DNA from: Pedosphaera sp.
GTDB taxonomy: Bacteria > Verrucomicrobiota > Verrucomicrobiia > Limisphaerales > UBA1096
Assembly: GCA_022451065.1 (NCBI GenBank)
Contig: JAKUOU010000020.1
Span: 9,349-73,348, forward strand
DNA: 64,000 bases
Direction: 5' to 3'
In this document: piece by piece, positions 28,085-43,820 of the stretch
How positions within the stretch are numbered: the first letter of the stretch is position 1
Layout: every line of letters starts with the position of its first letter
Notes under the pieces: model-generated
Told to the model about the DNA's origin: nothing
Seen by the model: only the letters and a program-made list of their open reading frames with translations
Databases searched by the model: none
Translations under genes and position numbers: made by a program

Positions 28085-28855
28085 GTGTTTAGGCCTTGCA
28101 TAGATTTGCATGACGGAAGGGTCAAACAAATCGTCGGAGGCTCCATCGACGACAGCCAACCCGATTCACTCCGAACCAACTACGTCTCCGACAAACCACC
28201 CGCCTGGTTTGCCCAGTTATACCGTCGAGACGACCTACGCGGCGGCCACGTCATCAAACTTGGCCAAGGAAACGACGATGCCGCTCGAGAGGCGCTTGCC
28301 GCCTGGCCGGGCGGACTACAAATCGGCGGCGGCGTCACGATGGACAATGCTGCCAAATGGATCGACGCCGGAGCGTCGCATGTCATTGTCACCTCATGGT
28401 TATTTCAGGGAGAGCAACTCGATGAGGACCGGCTCAAGCGACTTGGCCAAGCGGTTGGCCAATCGAGGCTTGTGATCGACTTGAGTTGCCGACGACGCGG
28501 CGATGACTATTTTGTCGTGACGGACCGCTGGCAAACCTTCACCCAACTCCGGGTCGATGCCGACACCCTCAGCCAACTCGCCGAACACTGTGACGAATTT
28601 CTCATTCATGGAGTTGATGTCGAGGGGCTTGGCCAAGGGATCGATAAAACCCTCGTTCGCCTCATTGCCAAACACTCTCCCATTGCTGCCACCTACGCCG
28701 GAGGCGCCCGTTCGATGAATGACCTGCAGCTGGTGACGGATCTTGGCGAAGGGCGGGTGCACCTAACTATCGGCTCGGCACTCGACATCCTCGGTGGTGA
28801 CGGCTTACGATACGAGGATGCCGTCGCCTTCAACCGCAAACTTTCCGCCAGCTAA
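28085..28855 (+). CDS. hisA: ProFAR isomerase, eukaryote/His6-like HisA
   Basis: GTG start. The FRPCIDLHDGRVKQIVGG N-terminus is characteristic of His6-type HisA. (beta/alpha)8 length. Confidence 0.7.
   Translation: MFRPCIDLHDGRVKQIVGGSIDDSQPDSLRTNYVSDKPPAWFAQLYRRDDLRGGHVIKLGQGNDDAAREALAAWPGGLQIGGGVTMDNAAKWIDAGASHVIVTSWLFQGEQLDEDRLKRLGQAVGQSRLVIDLSCRRRGDDYFVVTDRWQTFTQLRVDADTLSQLAEHCDEFLIHGVDVEGLGQGIDKTLVRLIAKHSPIAATYAGGARSMNDLQLVTDLGEGRVHLTIGSALDILGGDGLRYEDAVAFNRKLSAS
28434..28465. repeat. three phased copies (tCAAGCG a CTTGGCCAAGCG g TTGGCCAAtCG) inside hisA
   Basis: Read directly from the sequence. The period is 11-12 nt. It encodes LKRLGQAVGQS. Confidence 0.9.
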
Positions 28856-28858
28856 ATT

Positions 28859-28886
28859 GAAACCCCGCCTTTCCTGGCGAGGTTTC
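28859..28886. terminator. hairpin between convergent hisA and galM (possible bidirectional terminator)
   Basis: GAAACCcCGCC-tttcct-GGCGaGGTTTC: a stem of 6+4 bp with one bulge on each side. There is no clear U-run. Confidence 0.35.
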
Positions 28887-28908
28887 CCTTCAAGTTGTTC
28901 GCACAAAA

Positions 28909-30045
28909 TTATTTCGTGCTGAATTTATGGATGGTCGTCTGCGTGTACTTTTGCTTTGGACGCAGCACGGTGTTTGGGAACTGAGGATGGTTGATGGAAT
29001 CTGGGAAGTGTTGTGTTTCCAAACAAAGTGCATTTCGAAACTCATATTTCCAACCGCCCTTGCCCACTTCGGTGCCATCAAGGAAGTTGCCAGTGTAAAA
29101 CTGGATGCCTGGCTCGGTGGTAAAAATCTCAAGTACCCGACCCGAGGTCGATTCCTCCACTCGCGCCGCCAAACTCAAGCCACCGAACTCTTTCTTATTT
29201 AGACAGTAGTTGTGATCGTAGCCACCCGGCTCACCGGCAAGCTTGTCGATGCGCGCGCCGATGGCTGTTGGTTTAATAAAGCTCATCACATCGTCAACTT
29301 TCAGAATTTCCCCTGTCGGGATGCCGGTCGCGTCCACCGGCGTGTAGTGGTTGGCGTTGATCTGCAGTATGTGATCGAGGATTGTGCCTTTTCCGGCAAG
29401 ATTCCAATAGGCGTGGTTGGTGAGATTTACCGGGGTTGCCTTGTCGGTGGTGGCGACATAGTCGATTCGCAGTTCGTCATTGTTGGTTAATGTGTAAGTC
29501 ACCTTCATTTTCAGGTTGCCCGGGTAACCTTCCTCGCCGTTCGGGCTTGTGTAACTGAAGGCAACAGCAGGGCCGGCTTTGCTCCTGCTCACGCGGGCGG
29601 ACCAAACTTTTTTGTCGATTCCCTCGGTGCCCCCATGCAGATGATTGGGATCGTTGTTTGTGGCCAGCGTGTATTCACTGCCGTCTAGCGTAAACTTGCC
29701 CCCGGCGATGCGGTTGGCCACACGGCCTGTGGTCACGCCAAAGTATGAGTGGCCATCAAGGTAATCATCGAGCTTATCATGCCCCAAGACAATATCACCA
29801 AACTTGCCATTTTTGTCCGGCACGTGCATCTCGGTAAGCATTGCCCCATAAGTAATGATCCTGGCCTTGAGGCCGTTTTTGTTAACCAGCGTGTAGGCTT
29901 CGACTGCTTTGCCTTCCGTGGTTTTTCCAAATGCTTCTTTTTTCACAGTACCCTTGTTTTTTTTCTTCGCAGCGGTTGCCGTAGGTTCGGTCACCACCCC
30001 GACAATGAGCAATCCGGCCGCCACGCATTCCATTATGTTTTTCAT
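28909..30045 (-). CDS. galM: aldose 1-epimerase (galactose mutarotase)
   Basis: Signal peptide/lipoprotein-like N-terminus. ITYGA, HLHGG, NHAYWNL, GYDHNY, and CLETQHFPD motifs of the mutarotase family. Confidence 0.85.
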   Translation of the reverse strand: MKNIMECVAAGLLIVGVVTEPTATAAKKKNKGTVKKEAFGKTTEGKAVEAYTLVNKNGLKARIITYGAMLTEMHVPDKNGKFGDIVLGHDKLDDYLDGHSYFGVTTGRVANRIAGGKFTLDGSEYTLATNNDPNHLHGGTEGIDKKVWSARVSRSKAGPAVAFSYTSPNGEEGYPGNLKMKVTYTLTNNDELRIDYVATTDKATPVNLTNHAYWNLAGKGTILDHILQINANHYTPVDATGIPTGEILKVDDVMSFIKPTAIGARIDKLAGEPGGYDHNYCLNKKEFGGLSLAARVEESTSGRVLEIFTTEPGIQFYTGNFLDGTEVGKGGWKYEFRNALCLETQHFPDSINHPQFPNTVLRPKQKYTQTTIHKFSTK

Positions 30046-30181
30046 ATTATATATTCGTTAATCCGCCAAGCGCAGCCTGGTGTGGAACACCAAAAACTTT
30101 TATGGAGCTGCCAGACTGGTGTCAATGCCATTCACAGCCAGGCACGTCGAAACTGACCAAGTGCCTGGCCAAGTCTAACAC

Positions 30182-30209
30182 AAAAAAACGGAAACCGGCA
30201 ACGGCTCCC
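30182..30209 (-). terminator. intrinsic terminator after rplW
   Basis: On the minus strand: GGGAGCCG-uugc-CGGUUUCC (8 bp stem including 2 G.U pairs), followed by G and U7. It begins about 27 nt after the rplW stop. Confidence 0.55.
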
Positions 30210-30236
30210 GCTTGGCAAAGTTTTTGCGCGATCAGG

Positions 30237-30554
30237 CTAGGTGAGCGTGATTTGATCACCGGCCTTGAGAGTAACAATGGCCTTCTTCCAGCGCGGTGTG
30301 CGGCCCTCGTGCCGTGTACGCTTGCGCCTCAGGCGACCGCTCACATTCATGGTGTTCACACGGTCGACCTTGACCTTGAACAGAATTTCAACTGCACGAC
30401 GTATATCGTTTTTATCCGCGCGCGTGTCGGTAACGAGGTGAACCTGTTGGCGGGTTTCCCGGCTCAGACGCTCGGCGGCGGCATCGTTGTACTCCTGAAC
30501 AGCCATGACCTTCTCGGTCAGGCGCACGGTTTTTATAACATCAAATGGGCTCAT
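30237..30554 (-). CDS. rplW: 50S ribosomal protein L23
   Basis: 105 aa, VIKTVRLTEK..; positioned after rplD. Confidence 0.9.
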   Translation of the reverse strand: MSPFDVIKTVRLTEKVMAVQEYNDAAAERLSRETRQQVHLVTDTRADKNDIRRAVEILFKVKVDRVNTMNVSGRLRRKRTRHEGRTPRWKKAIVTLKAGDQITLT

Positions 30555-30559
30555 GTTGT

Positions 30560-31210
30560 TTACTTGTTCAGGCGTTGTTCAAACTTCTCGTAGGCGTCCT
30601 TGGTGAAGACAAGGACATCGGGCCAGAGAATTTCGTAAGTGGTCAACGAGTCGCTCGTGGTGGAGCGAACGCGCTCGATGTTGCGAGCGGACAGCGCAAC
30701 GTTGTTATCGGCCTCAGCTGTTATCAACATGGCGCTCTTGTACCGTGCGCTGGCCGGTTTCCTGGCATCGATGCCCAGTGCTTTGAGGATTTTGGACAGT
30801 TGCGCAGTGGCCGGCTTGTCGAGACTCAACTCGTCGAGAATGACAACCTGGCCATCCTTTACGCGCTCGGTAAAAGCCTTGAGCACGGCAAGGTCTCGAA
30901 CCTTCTTGTTGAGTTTCTTGATGTAAACGCGCGGCTTGGGGCCGTGGGCGACACCGCCGCCGCGCCAAATGGGGTTGCGCTTGTAACCAACACGAGCGCG
31001 GCCGGTGCCTTTCTGACGCCACGGTTTCGCGCCTGTACCAGCGACCTCGGCCACCGTCTTAGTACAGGCGTTGCCGGAGCGCTGGGCAGCGTTGTAGGCA
31101 ACGACCGCCTCGTGAACTGCCTGTTGGCCCTTGTCGTCGTCCACGGGTTTAAACTTGGCCTTCAGTTCACCCTGGTCAGCGCCGCTGGTGTCCTTGATTG
31201 CTACTTTCAT
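30560..31210 (-). CDS. rplD: 50S ribosomal protein L4
   Basis: KPWRQKGTGRAR..GGGVAHGPKPR motif. Confidence 0.95.
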   Translation of the reverse strand: MKVAIKDTSGADQGELKAKFKPVDDDKGQQAVHEAVVAYNAAQRSGNACTKTVAEVAGTGAKPWRQKGTGRARVGYKRNPIWRGGGVAHGPKPRVYIKKLNKKVRDLAVLKAFTERVKDGQVVILDELSLDKPATAQLSKILKALGIDARKPASARYKSAMLITAEADNNVALSARNIERVRSTTSDSLTTYEILWPDVLVFTKDAYEKFEQRLNK

Positions 31211-31231
31211 TCTTTGTATCCTCTACTGCCT

Positions 31232-31963
31232 TTACTTGGTTTTTTTGGGCTTTTTCTTGGCCTCGCGAATGACAACGTAGTCGCCGTTTGCGCCGGGTAT
31301 GGCACCCTTGACAAGCAGCAGGTTGTCATCGGCGTGCACCTGGACGATCTCGAGGTTCTGTACCGTGCGACTGGCCTGCCCCATGTGGCCGGGCATCTGC
31401 TTGCCCTTGATCACGAAGCCGGGTGTCGAACCGGCGCCAATAGCACCCGGACGGCGTCTCCAGCCGCCTGAACCATGCGAAGCCCGTCCACCGCCAAAGT
31501 TCCAGCGCTTGACAACCCCCTGAAAACCGCGGCCCTTGGTCTTGGCGATCACGTCCACATAATCGCCGGCCTCGAACACGTCAGCCCCTATCGAGTCGCC
31601 GGGGTTTACTTCCAGTGAAAAATCGCGAAATTCCCTGATACGACGGATGGGAGTGATGGCGCGTGCGTCCCATGCCTTACGATTGGCCAAGCGATCCTTG
31701 CCCTTGACAGAGCGACCCGGAGAGCGCGACTTGTAGTCCTCCCCACCGTTGTGCGCCTTAAGGTGTCCGCGTTTGGCCAAGTTCAGCCGATTCTCCTTTT
31801 GTCCGTCAAAGCCAAGTTGAACAGCCTCGTAACCATCCTTGTCAGTGGTCTTTCGTTGCAGCACCTGGTTGGGACCGGCCTGTACGATGGTGACGCTCAC
31901 AGATTTGCCGTCCTCGGTGTAAAACCGTGTCTGGCCCAGTTTTTTTCCTAACAATCCAACCAT
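31232..31963 (-). CDS. rplC: 50S ribosomal protein L3 (with about 30 aa internal insertion)
   Basis: MVGLLGKKLGQTR.., KGRGFQGVVKRWNF, and LLLVKGAIPGA motifs. 243 aa versus about 209 in E. coli. Confidence 0.95.
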   Translation of the reverse strand: MVGLLGKKLGQTRFYTEDGKSVSVTIVQAGPNQVLQRKTTDKDGYEAVQLGFDGQKENRLNLAKRGHLKAHNGGEDYKSRSPGRSVKGKDRLANRKAWDARAITPIRRIREFRDFSLEVNPGDSIGADVFEAGDYVDVIAKTKGRGFQGVVKRWNFGGGRASHGSGGWRRRPGAIGAGSTPGFVIKGKQMPGHMGQASRTVQNLEIVQVHADDNLLLVKGAIPGANGDYVVIREAKKKPKKTK

Positions 31964-31969
31964 GGCTGC

Positions 31970-32278
31970 TTAAATCTTGATGGTAATGTCGACACCTGCG
32001 GGGAGGTTCAACTTTTTCAACTCGTCCACAGTCTTGGCCGTGGGTTCCATAATGTCGATCAACCGCTTGTGGGTGCGCTGCTCGAACGTCTCGTGTGCCT
32101 TTTTATCAACGTGCGGGGAACGGCCCACGGTAAATCGCTCGATGCGGGTTGGCAACGGAATGGGGCCAGCGACCTGCGCCCCGGTGCGCTTGACCGTCTC
32201 GACGATGTCGCCAGCCGACTGGTCGATCACCCTGTGATCGTATGCCTTGAGACGAATTCTAATGCGGTTTTTTTGCAT
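31970..32278 (-). CDS. rpsJ: 30S ribosomal protein S10
   Basis: [17 protein letters not shown] motif. Confidence 0.95.
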   Translation of the reverse strand: MQKNRIRIRLKAYDHRVIDQSAGDIVETVKRTGAQVAGPIPLPTRIERFTVGRSPHVDKKAHETFEQRTHKRLIDIMEPTAKTVDELKKLNLPAGVDITIKI

Positions 32279-32289
32279 GACAGTATAAC

Positions 32290-34470
32290 TTAAGTACGCG
32301 CCGGTTTCTTGCTGCTTCCGCTGATGATTTCCTCGGCGATGCTGCTTGGCACTTCTTCAAAACTAAATGGCTCCATGGAGTAAGAAGCACGGCCCCTGGA
32401 CAACGACCTAACAGCCGTTGCGTAACCAAACATCTCGGCTAACGGTACTTCGCAAGTCACGGTGCAGAGTTGCTTCGTGTCGGTCTCCATTCCGAGAATT
32501 TTGCCGCGGCGCCTGTTCAGGTCGCCCATAACGTCGCCCTGATATTCGTCGGGCGTGACCACCTCGACCTTCATGACCGGCTCGAGCAGGATCAGCTTGG
32601 CCTTTTTGCAGGCTTCTTTCAGGGCGAAGATACCGGCCATCTTGAACGCCAACTCGTTTGAATCGACTTCGTGGTATGAGCCATCGACCACCTCCACCCG
32701 CACGTCGACCATCGGGTAGCCGGCCAGCACGCCACCGGCGATCGCTTCCCGGATGCCAGCATCCACTGCAGAGTGATACTCCTTCGGGATGACTCCACCG
32801 ACGATCTTGTTCTCGATCTCAACACCTTTGCCTCGCTTGTTGGGCTCGATGTTGATGATGGCATGGCCGTACTGGCCGCGCCCGCCGGATTGGCGGACAA
32901 ACTTGCCCTCGCCCTCGGCGGGCGCCGTGATGGCTTCACGGTAGGAAATCTGCGGTGCCCCGACGGTGGCCTCCACCTTGAACTCCCGCATCAGGCGGTC
33001 GCGGATAATGTCCAGATGAAGCTCGCCCATGCCAGCAATGATCAACTGGCCGGTTTCGTCGTTGGTAAAGACGCGGAAAGTAGGATCCTCCTCAGCCAAG
33101 CGCTGCAACGCCTCGGACATTTTATCGCGATCGGCATTGGTGTTGGGCTCGACCGCCATCGAGATAACCGGCTCAGGAAAAGTCGGCGGCTCGAGCATCA
33201 CGTCGAGCTCCTTATCGCACAGCGTGTCGCCGGTGGTGACGTTACGCAGCCCCACAATCGCGGCAATATCACCGGAATAAACAGCATTCACGTCGGTGCG
33301 CTTGTCCGCCTGAAGCATGATCAGGCGACTGACACGGTCGCGTTTGCGCGTGCGCGGATTGTAGATGGTGTTGCCCTTCTTCAGTTGGCCGGAGTAAACG
33401 CGGATAAACACCAGCTTACCCACGAACGGATCGGTCCAGAGCTTGAAGGCGAGCGAACAGAAATTGCCATTGTCATCCGGCTCAACAACGACTTCTGTGG
33501 TTTCGTCATCCGCCTCAACTGCCGTTGCGGCGGGAACCTCGACAGGTGAGGGTAGGTAGTCCACCACTGCATCCATGAGTGGCTGCACGCCCTTGTTCTT
33601 GAACGCGGAACCTCCCAGGACCGGAACAAATTTCAACTCACACGTCAGGCGACGGATGGCCTTCTTGAGGGTCTCGGGAGAGATTTCACTGTCCTCCAGC
33701 ACCATCTCAGCCACTTGATCGTCAAGGTTGGACACTGCGTCGATGAGTTGCTCGAAGGCCATCCCGGCCTCATCTTTAAGGTTTTCCGGAATGTCCGTTA
33801 TGTCATACTTGACGCCGGTTTCATCAGATGGATCGTAAACGATGGCTTTTTGGTTCACCACGTCGATGACACCCCTGAGTTTGTCCTCCGCACCGATGGG
33901 AATGCCAACCGGGTGCGCCTCGGCGCCGAGCTTGGTTCGCAGGTCGCTGATGGCCTTGTGGAAATCTGCGCCAGTACGATCCATCTTGTTGATGAACGCT
34001 ATACGGGGAACGTTGTACTTGGTGGCTTGACGCCAGACGGTCTCGGACTGGGGCTGCACGCCGGCCACGCCACAAAAAACAGCCACCGCACCGTCGAGCA
34101 CGCGCATTGAGCGTTCTACCTCTGCGGTAAAATCCACGTGGCCGGGGGTGTCAATGATGTTGATACGATTGTCGATCCCCGTGAATAGCTTGGCCAAGCC
34201 CTCGTCCTGCTGTTTCCAGAAACAGGTGGTAGCGGCTGATGTGATGGTGATCCCGCGTTCGCGCTCCTGCTCCATCCAGTCCGTGACAGTGTTCCCGTCG
34301 TGAACCTCGCCGATCTTATGCATAAAACCGGTGTAGTAGAGGATTCGCTCCGTGGTCGTGGTCTTGCCGGCATCAATGTGGGCAGCGATACCAATGTTCC
34401 GCGTCCGCTCAAGCGTATACTCCCGGTCAGGCGAGTTGATGTTCTTGTCCTGTTCCAATGTGGCTATCAT
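32290..34470 (-). CDS. fusA: elongation factor G
   Basis: [25 protein letters not shown], and NKMD GTPase boxes. 726 aa. Confidence 0.95.
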   Translation of the reverse strand: MIATLEQDKNINSPDREYTLERTRNIGIAAHIDAGKTTTTERILYYTGFMHKIGEVHDGNTVTDWMEQERERGITITSAATTCFWKQQDEGLAKLFTGIDNRINIIDTPGHVDFTAEVERSMRVLDGAVAVFCGVAGVQPQSETVWRQATKYNVPRIAFINKMDRTGADFHKAISDLRTKLGAEAHPVGIPIGAEDKLRGVIDVVNQKAIVYDPSDETGVKYDITDIPENLKDEAGMAFEQLIDAVSNLDDQVAEMVLEDSEISPETLKKAIRRLTCELKFVPVLGGSAFKNKGVQPLMDAVVDYLPSPVEVPAATAVEADDETTEVVVEPDDNGNFCSLAFKLWTDPFVGKLVFIRVYSGQLKKGNTIYNPRTRKRDRVSRLIMLQADKRTDVNAVYSGDIAAIVGLRNVTTGDTLCDKELDVMLEPPTFPEPVISMAVEPNTNADRDKMSEALQRLAEEDPTFRVFTNDETGQLIIAGMGELHLDIIRDRLMREFKVEATVGAPQISYREAITAPAEGEGKFVRQSGGRGQYGHAIINIEPNKRGKGVEIENKIVGGVIPKEYHSAVDAGIREAIAGGVLAGYPMVDVRVEVVDGSYHEVDSNELAFKMAGIFALKEACKKAKLILLEPVMKVEVVTPDEYQGDVMGDLNRRRGKILGMETDTKQLCTVTCEVPLAEMFGYATAVRSLSRGRASYSMEPFSFEEVPSSIAEEIISGSSKKPART

Positions 34471-34603
34471 TTACTTCGTTGCTAAAAGTTTCAGCAAAAT
34501 ACCATCTAAAAAACCAAGCTATTTCAGAGAGCGTCTCATCCGCGTATAAACCGCTGGACGCTGACAACCTGGCCGAACGGTTGGCCAAGCCGACTCTTCT
34601 TTC

Positions 34604-35077
34604 CTACCAACGGAAGTGCGCAAAGGCTTTGTTTGCCTGGGCCATCTTGTGCATCTCGTCTCTCTTCCGGATGCAGCTACCCTGGCCTTCACTGGCATCC
34701 CTGATCTCAGTGGCCAAGGCATCCCTCATTGGGACTCCTTTCCGGGCCTGCGAAAAACTCACCATCCAGCGCAACGCCAGAGCGGTCTGCCGGCTGCCAC
34801 TGATCTCGAGCGGGATCTGGTAGGTCGCCCCACCGACACGCCGCGACTTGACCTCGAGCCGTGGCCGGGCATTGCCAACAGCGCGTTCCAAAATTTCCAA
34901 TGGGTCGCTTCCTTGCTTTTCCGCAGCTAACTTGTCGAACGCACCGTAAATGATTTTTTCTGCCACACTTTTCTTCCCCCGCCGCATGGTAAAATTCACC
35001 AGCAGGGTGACCAACCTACTCCCATAACGAGAGTCCGGCTGCACTTCACGTTTTTCTGCTCTTCTACGGCGTGCCAT
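34604..35077 (-). CDS. rpsG: 30S ribosomal protein S7
   Basis: MARRRRAEKR.., RVGGATYQIP motif. Confidence 0.95.
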   Translation of the reverse strand: MARRRRAEKREVQPDSRYGSRLVTLLVNFTMRRGKKSVAEKIIYGAFDKLAAEKQGSDPLEILERAVGNARPRLEVKSRRVGGATYQIPLEISGSRQTALALRWMVSFSQARKGVPMRDALATEIRDASEGQGSCIRKRDEMHKMAQANKAFAHFRW

Positions 35078-35106
35078 GGCTGGTTAAATAAGTTCCCTGC
35101 CTGAAA

Positions 35107-35490
35107 TTATTTCTTACCCGCCTTGGGGCGCTTGACCCCGTACTTGGAGCGGCTGCGTCGGCGCTTCTCAACTCCGGTGGCATCCAGAGCGCCACGTACC
35201 ACATGATAACGCACACCCGGAAGATCCTTTACCCGCCCGCCCCGAATCAGGACAATTGAATGCTCCTGCAAGGTATGTCCCTCGTCTGGTATGTAGGCAA
35301 TTACCTCGAACCCGTTAGTCAGGCGCACCTTGGCTACCTTTCGCATGGCCGAGTTCGGTTTCTTGGGTGTTCGAGTGTAAACCTGCAGGCAAACCCCCCG
35401 TTTGAAGGGACAATTCTCCAGTGCTGGGGAGGTGGTCTTGGATTTCACCTTTACCCGGCCTTTTCGGACTAATTGATTAATTGTCGGCAT
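35107..35490 (-). CDS. rpsL: 30S ribosomal protein S12
   Basis: [12 protein letters not shown].., PKKPNSA(M)RK motif. Confidence 0.95.
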   Translation of the reverse strand: MPTINQLVRKGRVKVKSKTTSPALENCPFKRGVCLQVYTRTPKKPNSAMRKVAKVRLTNGFEVIAYIPDEGHTLQEHSIVLIRGGRVKDLPGVRYHVVRGALDATGVEKRRRSRSKYGVKRPKAGKK

Positions 35491-35616
35491 TAAAAAAACG
35501 TTGAAGAGGCGGTTCTCAAGCGCCCATCCCGTTCAAAGGGGCGCGGAGACTATCAAAAACCAATTCTGATGCAACAGGTTTTTTGAACATTTTCCAGAGT
35601 AATTTATCCGCCCAGC

Positions 35617-39771
<4,155 letters not shown>

Positions 39772-39801
39772 CTTTAAATTCCAGTGTTTAAGTTGTTAAG
39801 G

Positions 39802-42800
39802 TTATTCGCCCAGCAACAGGCTTGGGCGGGAACTTTCCTCCTTGGCCTGAACCACCGGATTGGTGTAACTGACAGTCACATTCAGGCCAAGCGACTGCAT
39901 TTCCTTAACCAAAACATTGAACGATTCCGGCACGCCGGCCTCCAGCGCGTGGTCTCCCTTCACCAATGCCTCATAAATCCGGGTACGCCCCTGGACATCG
40001 TCTGATTTTACAGTGAGCAGTTCCTGCAACATGTAGGAGGCACCGTAGGCCTCCAATGCCCACACCTCCATCTCGCCGAAACGCTGCCCCCCGTATTGGG
40101 CCTTGCCCCCAAGCGGCTGCTGGGTAACCAGCGAGTACGGACCAACGGCACGGGCATGTATCTTGTCCGCCACCAAATGGCCAAGCTTCAGCATGTAGGT
40201 GTACCCGACAACCGTTTCCTGATCGAACGGCTCCCCTGTATGGCCATCAAAAAGCCGGGCTTTGCCGTGAGCCGGCAGCCCAGCTTCCTCGAGGTAGTTC
40301 TTGATGCGATCCTCCTTAATGCCATCAAAAACCGGTGTGGCAATCTTGATCCCGAGTTTCTCCGCCGCCCAGCCGAGATGGGTCTCGAACACTTGGCCAA
40401 TATTCATGCGGGAAGGCACGCCCAGGGGATTGAGAATGAAATCCACCGGGGTTCCATCCTCGAGATAAGGCATATCTTCCTCGGGAATGATCTTGGCCAC
40501 AACACCCTTGTTGCCGTGGCGACCCGCTACCTTGTCGCCCACCGACAGCTTGCGCTTGGATGCGATAAAAACCCTCACCGACTTGATCACACCCGAGTCG
40601 ATCTCATCACCGGCAGCCACGCGCCCTGCCTGTTCCTTGTGCTTGGCTTTTAGGTCGTCAAACTTCTTGGTAAAGCCCCCGACAATCTCGAGAATCTTGT
40701 TCTTGATCGGCGAGGGATCGATGGAGATCTGGTCATAGACCTGCGACAGCTTGCGGAGCAATGTCTTTGTGATTTTTCGATTGGCAGGGATGATGACATC
40801 TCCCGTCTCGGAATTCGTTACATCCAGCGGGATTTTCTCACCCAGAAGGATGTTACTCAAGTTTTCAGTCAACTGCTCGTGAAGACTGTTGAGTTCCTTC
40901 TTGTAGTCGTCCTCAAGCTGCTTGGCCTGTTTCTTGGCCTCGATTGCGGCAGACTTGACCCCTTTATCGCTTTCCTTCTTGGATGAGACTTTCACCCCCA
41001 TCACCTTGCCGAACACGCCCGATGGCACTTTCAGTGAGGAGTCTTTCACGTCGGCAGCCTTCTCCCCAAAAATGGCTCTCAGGAGGCGTTCTTCCGGGGC
41101 CAGTTCGGTTTCGCTCTTGGGTGTTATTTTGCCCACTAGGATATCTCCCGGTCCGACCTCGGCACCGACCCGAATGACGCCATCCACGTCGAGGTTGCTC
41201 AGGGCTTCCTCGCCAAGGTTGGGTATATCCCGCGTGATTTCCTCCGGGCCAAGCTTGGTGTCGCGGGCGTTGACCTCGTACTCGCCGATGTGGATCGACG
41301 TGAAAACATCATCCTTAACGATGCGTTCACTGATACAGATTGCATCCTCGAAATTATATCCGTTCCAAGGCATGTAGGCGACCAACACATTCTTCCCGAT
41401 GGCCAGTTCCCCATTGTCGGTGCAGGGACCATCCGCAATCGCTTCGCCCTCCTTGACCCTGTCTCCAACGGAAACCAAGGTCTTCTGGTTAATACAAGTG
41501 CCGGCATTGGACCGGTGATACTTGCGCATCGCGTACACCCAGCACCCTTCCTCCGGCCGGTGTTTTATCTTGCGCCGGCTCTCGGGAAGTTTGCCCGTCT
41601 TGGTGATTACTATTTCGTCCGCAGTCACAGAGGCCACCACCCCGTCCGCCTCGGCCTTGACCAGTGCGTGCGAATCCCGTGCCACCTTGGTCTCCATCCC
41701 CGTGGCGACGAGCGGCGACTCGGTGGTCAACAATGGAACGGCTTGGCGCTGCATGTTCGACCCCATCAAGGCCCTGTTAGCATCATCATGCTCCAGGAAG
41801 GGTATCAGGCTTGCTGCCACGGACACCAGTTGCTTGGGCGAAACGTCCATGTAATCGACCTTGTCCCCCGGCATATCAACAAAGTCCGCCCGGAAGCGGC
41901 AGGCCACCTGTTCGGTAGTGAACTTGCCATTGTTGTCAATCGGCTGGTTTGCCTGGGCAATGAAGTACTTCTCCTCAACGTCGCCGGTCAGGTAATCGAC
42001 TTTGTTGGTCACTTTGCCCTTCACCACCTTGCGGTAGGGACTCTCGATAAAACCAAAATCGTTCACCCGGGCAAACGTGGCCAAGCTGGCAATCAATCCA
42101 ATGTTAGGGCCTTCCGGCGTCTCCACCGGACAAATACGGCCGTAGTGGGAGGGGTGAACATCCCGGACCTCAAACCCGGCGCGTTCACGGGACAAACCGC
42201 CCGGACCAAGTGCAGAGAGGCGACGCTTATGGGTCAACTCTGCCAGCGGGTTGATCTGATCCATGAACTGGGATAACTGGCTCCGGCCAAAAAAATCCCG
42301 CACGACGGCGGACAAGGCCTTAGGGTTGATCAGCTTGGCCGGGGTCATGGTATCCAGTTCCTGGTCAAACAGCGTCATGCGCTCCTTAACCAAGCGCTCC
42401 GTGCGAGCCAAGCCGACCCGGCACTGGTTAGCCAGGAGCTCGCCCACGGTGCGAATGCGGCGGCTGCCCAAGTGATCAATATCGTCGATTGTGCCATCCC
42501 CCAGCTTAAGACGAAGAAGGTACTTTGTTGCCTCGACCAAGTCTTCCTTCATCAAAGTACGGGAGCCATCAACACCTTTGAGGTCGAGCTTCTGGTTGAT
42601 CTTGTAACGGCCCACACGGCCTAGGTCGTAGCGCTTGGGATCGAAGAACAAACGCTTGACCAAGGCGCGAGCGTTGGCAGGAGTCGGCGGATCGCCGGGC
42701 CTTAATCGCTTGTAGATTTCCTTGAGGGCATCCTCCTCGTTATGGGCTGGATCTTTGGCCATGCAGCGAATAATCAGCCCGTCGTCGCTCGATATATCCA

Positions 42801-43647
42801 CGATCTGGATTTTCTTGACACCCAGCTCACGCACCCGCTTGACCACTGCCTTGGACAGCGGCTCGAACGCGCGTGCCACCACGATACCCTTCTCCGGCTC
42901 CACAAGGTCGCTGATTAACACCTTGTTACCGAGGTTATCCATTTTCTCAGCTGTTCTGGTGGTGACCTCTTTAATACTGTAGAAGGTGTTCAGCAGTGAT
43001 GCATCACTGCTGGTGTCCTCCCCTTCCAGGAAGTTGATGGCCCGCAAGAATGTGGTGATCAGAAATTTGCGGCGGCGCTTTTTCCGGTCGAGATAGACAT
43101 ACAGCATGTCGTTGGTGTCAAACTGCGCCTCAAACCAGGAACCCCGGTCCGGAATGATCCGGAAGGAGAACAGCATCTTGCCGTTCGGATGCCGGGAAGC
43201 CTCGAAGGCAACGCCCGGTGACCGGTGCAACTGGCTCACGATCACGCGCTCGGCCCCATTAATGACAAAGCTGCCCTGCGGGGTGATGAGCGGCACCTCG
43301 CCCATGAACACTTTTTCCTCCTTGGTACCTTTTTGATCCTTCAGTCGGAAGATGACGTGGAGCGGTGCGCCGTAGGTCTGGCCCTCATCGATGCACTTGA
43401 GCCAGTCCATCTTGGGCGCGCCTATCTCGTAGTGGCAATACTTTAAAACGACTTTCTCGTCGTAGCTCGTAACCGGGAATATTTCGTTAAACACCGCCTC
43501 CAGACCGATGTTCTCACGTTTTCCGGGACTGAGCTCCGCCTGCAGGAACTCGTGATACGAGTCCACCTGAATTTCAATCAGGTTGGGTGGAGAAATGATT
43601 TCCTTGATGTTGCCGAAGTTGATGCGGCCGTTCGCTTTGTTAGGCAT
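39802..43647 (-). CDS. rpoB: DNA-directed RNA polymerase subunit beta
   Basis: GRHGNKGVV, the [12 protein letters not shown] rifampicin-region homologue, 1281 aa. Confidence 0.97.
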   Translation of the reverse strand: MPNKANGRINFGNIKEIISPPNLIEIQVDSYHEFLQAELSPGKRENIGLEAVFNEIFPVTSYDEKVVLKYCHYEIGAPKMDWLKCIDEGQTYGAPLHVIFRLKDQKGTKEEKVFMGEVPLITPQGSFVINGAERVIVSQLHRSPGVAFEASRHPNGKMLFSFRIIPDRGSWFEAQFDTNDMLYVYLDRKKRRRKFLITTFLRAINFLEGEDTSSDASLLNTFYSIKEVTTRTAEKMDNLGNKVLISDLVEPEKGIVVARAFEPLSKAVVKRVRELGVKKIQIVDISSDDGLIIRCMAKDPAHNEEDALKEIYKRLRPGDPPTPANARALVKRLFFDPKRYDLGRVGRYKINQKLDLKGVDGSRTLMKEDLVEATKYLLRLKLGDGTIDDIDHLGSRRIRTVGELLANQCRVGLARTERLVKERMTLFDQELDTMTPAKLINPKALSAVVRDFFGRSQLSQFMDQINPLAELTHKRRLSALGPGGLSRERAGFEVRDVHPSHYGRICPVETPEGPNIGLIASLATFARVNDFGFIESPYRKVVKGKVTNKVDYLTGDVEEKYFIAQANQPIDNNGKFTTEQVACRFRADFVDMPGDKVDYMDVSPKQLVSVAASLIPFLEHDDANRALMGSNMQRQAVPLLTTESPLVATGMETKVARDSHALVKAEADGVVASVTADEIVITKTGKLPESRRKIKHRPEEGCWVYAMRKYHRSNAGTCINQKTLVSVGDRVKEGEAIADGPCTDNGELAIGKNVLVAYMPWNGYNFEDAICISERIVKDDVFTSIHIGEYEVNARDTKLGPEEITRDIPNLGEEALSNLDVDGVIRVGAEVGPGDILVGKITPKSETELAPEERLLRAIFGEKAADVKDSSLKVPSGVFGKVMGVKVSSKKESDKGVKSAAIEAKKQAKQLEDDYKKELNSLHEQLTENLSNILLGEKIPLDVTNSETGDVIIPANRKITKTLLRKLSQVYDQISIDPSPIKNKILEIVGGFTKKFDDLKAKHKEQAGRVAAGDEIDSGVIKSVRVFIASKRKLSVGDKVAGRHGNKGVVAKIIPEEDMPYLEDGTPVDFILNPLGVPSRMNIGQVFETHLGWAAEKLGIKIATPVFDGIKEDRIKNYLEEAGLPAHGKARLFDGHTGEPFDQETVVGYTYMLKLGHLVADKIHARAVGPYSLVTQQPLGGKAQYGGQRFGEMEVWALEAYGASYMLQELLTVKSDDVQGRTRIYEALVKGDHALEAGVPESFNVLVKEMQSLGLNVTVSYTNPVVQAKEESSRPSLLLGE

Positions 43648-43820
43648 CGATTATGTCGAGGTTTGTCAGGGCCGGTCGGTTACCGGGGGATTTATAAACA
43701 CACACAGAAACAAGCAACACGCTCCCCAGCTTACGCTTTGGGGCGTATCCACTCTTAATAGACAGTCGGTTCTTAAAACTGTTTAAATAAATATTTATTC
43801 CTAAAATCAGGAAACGCATT

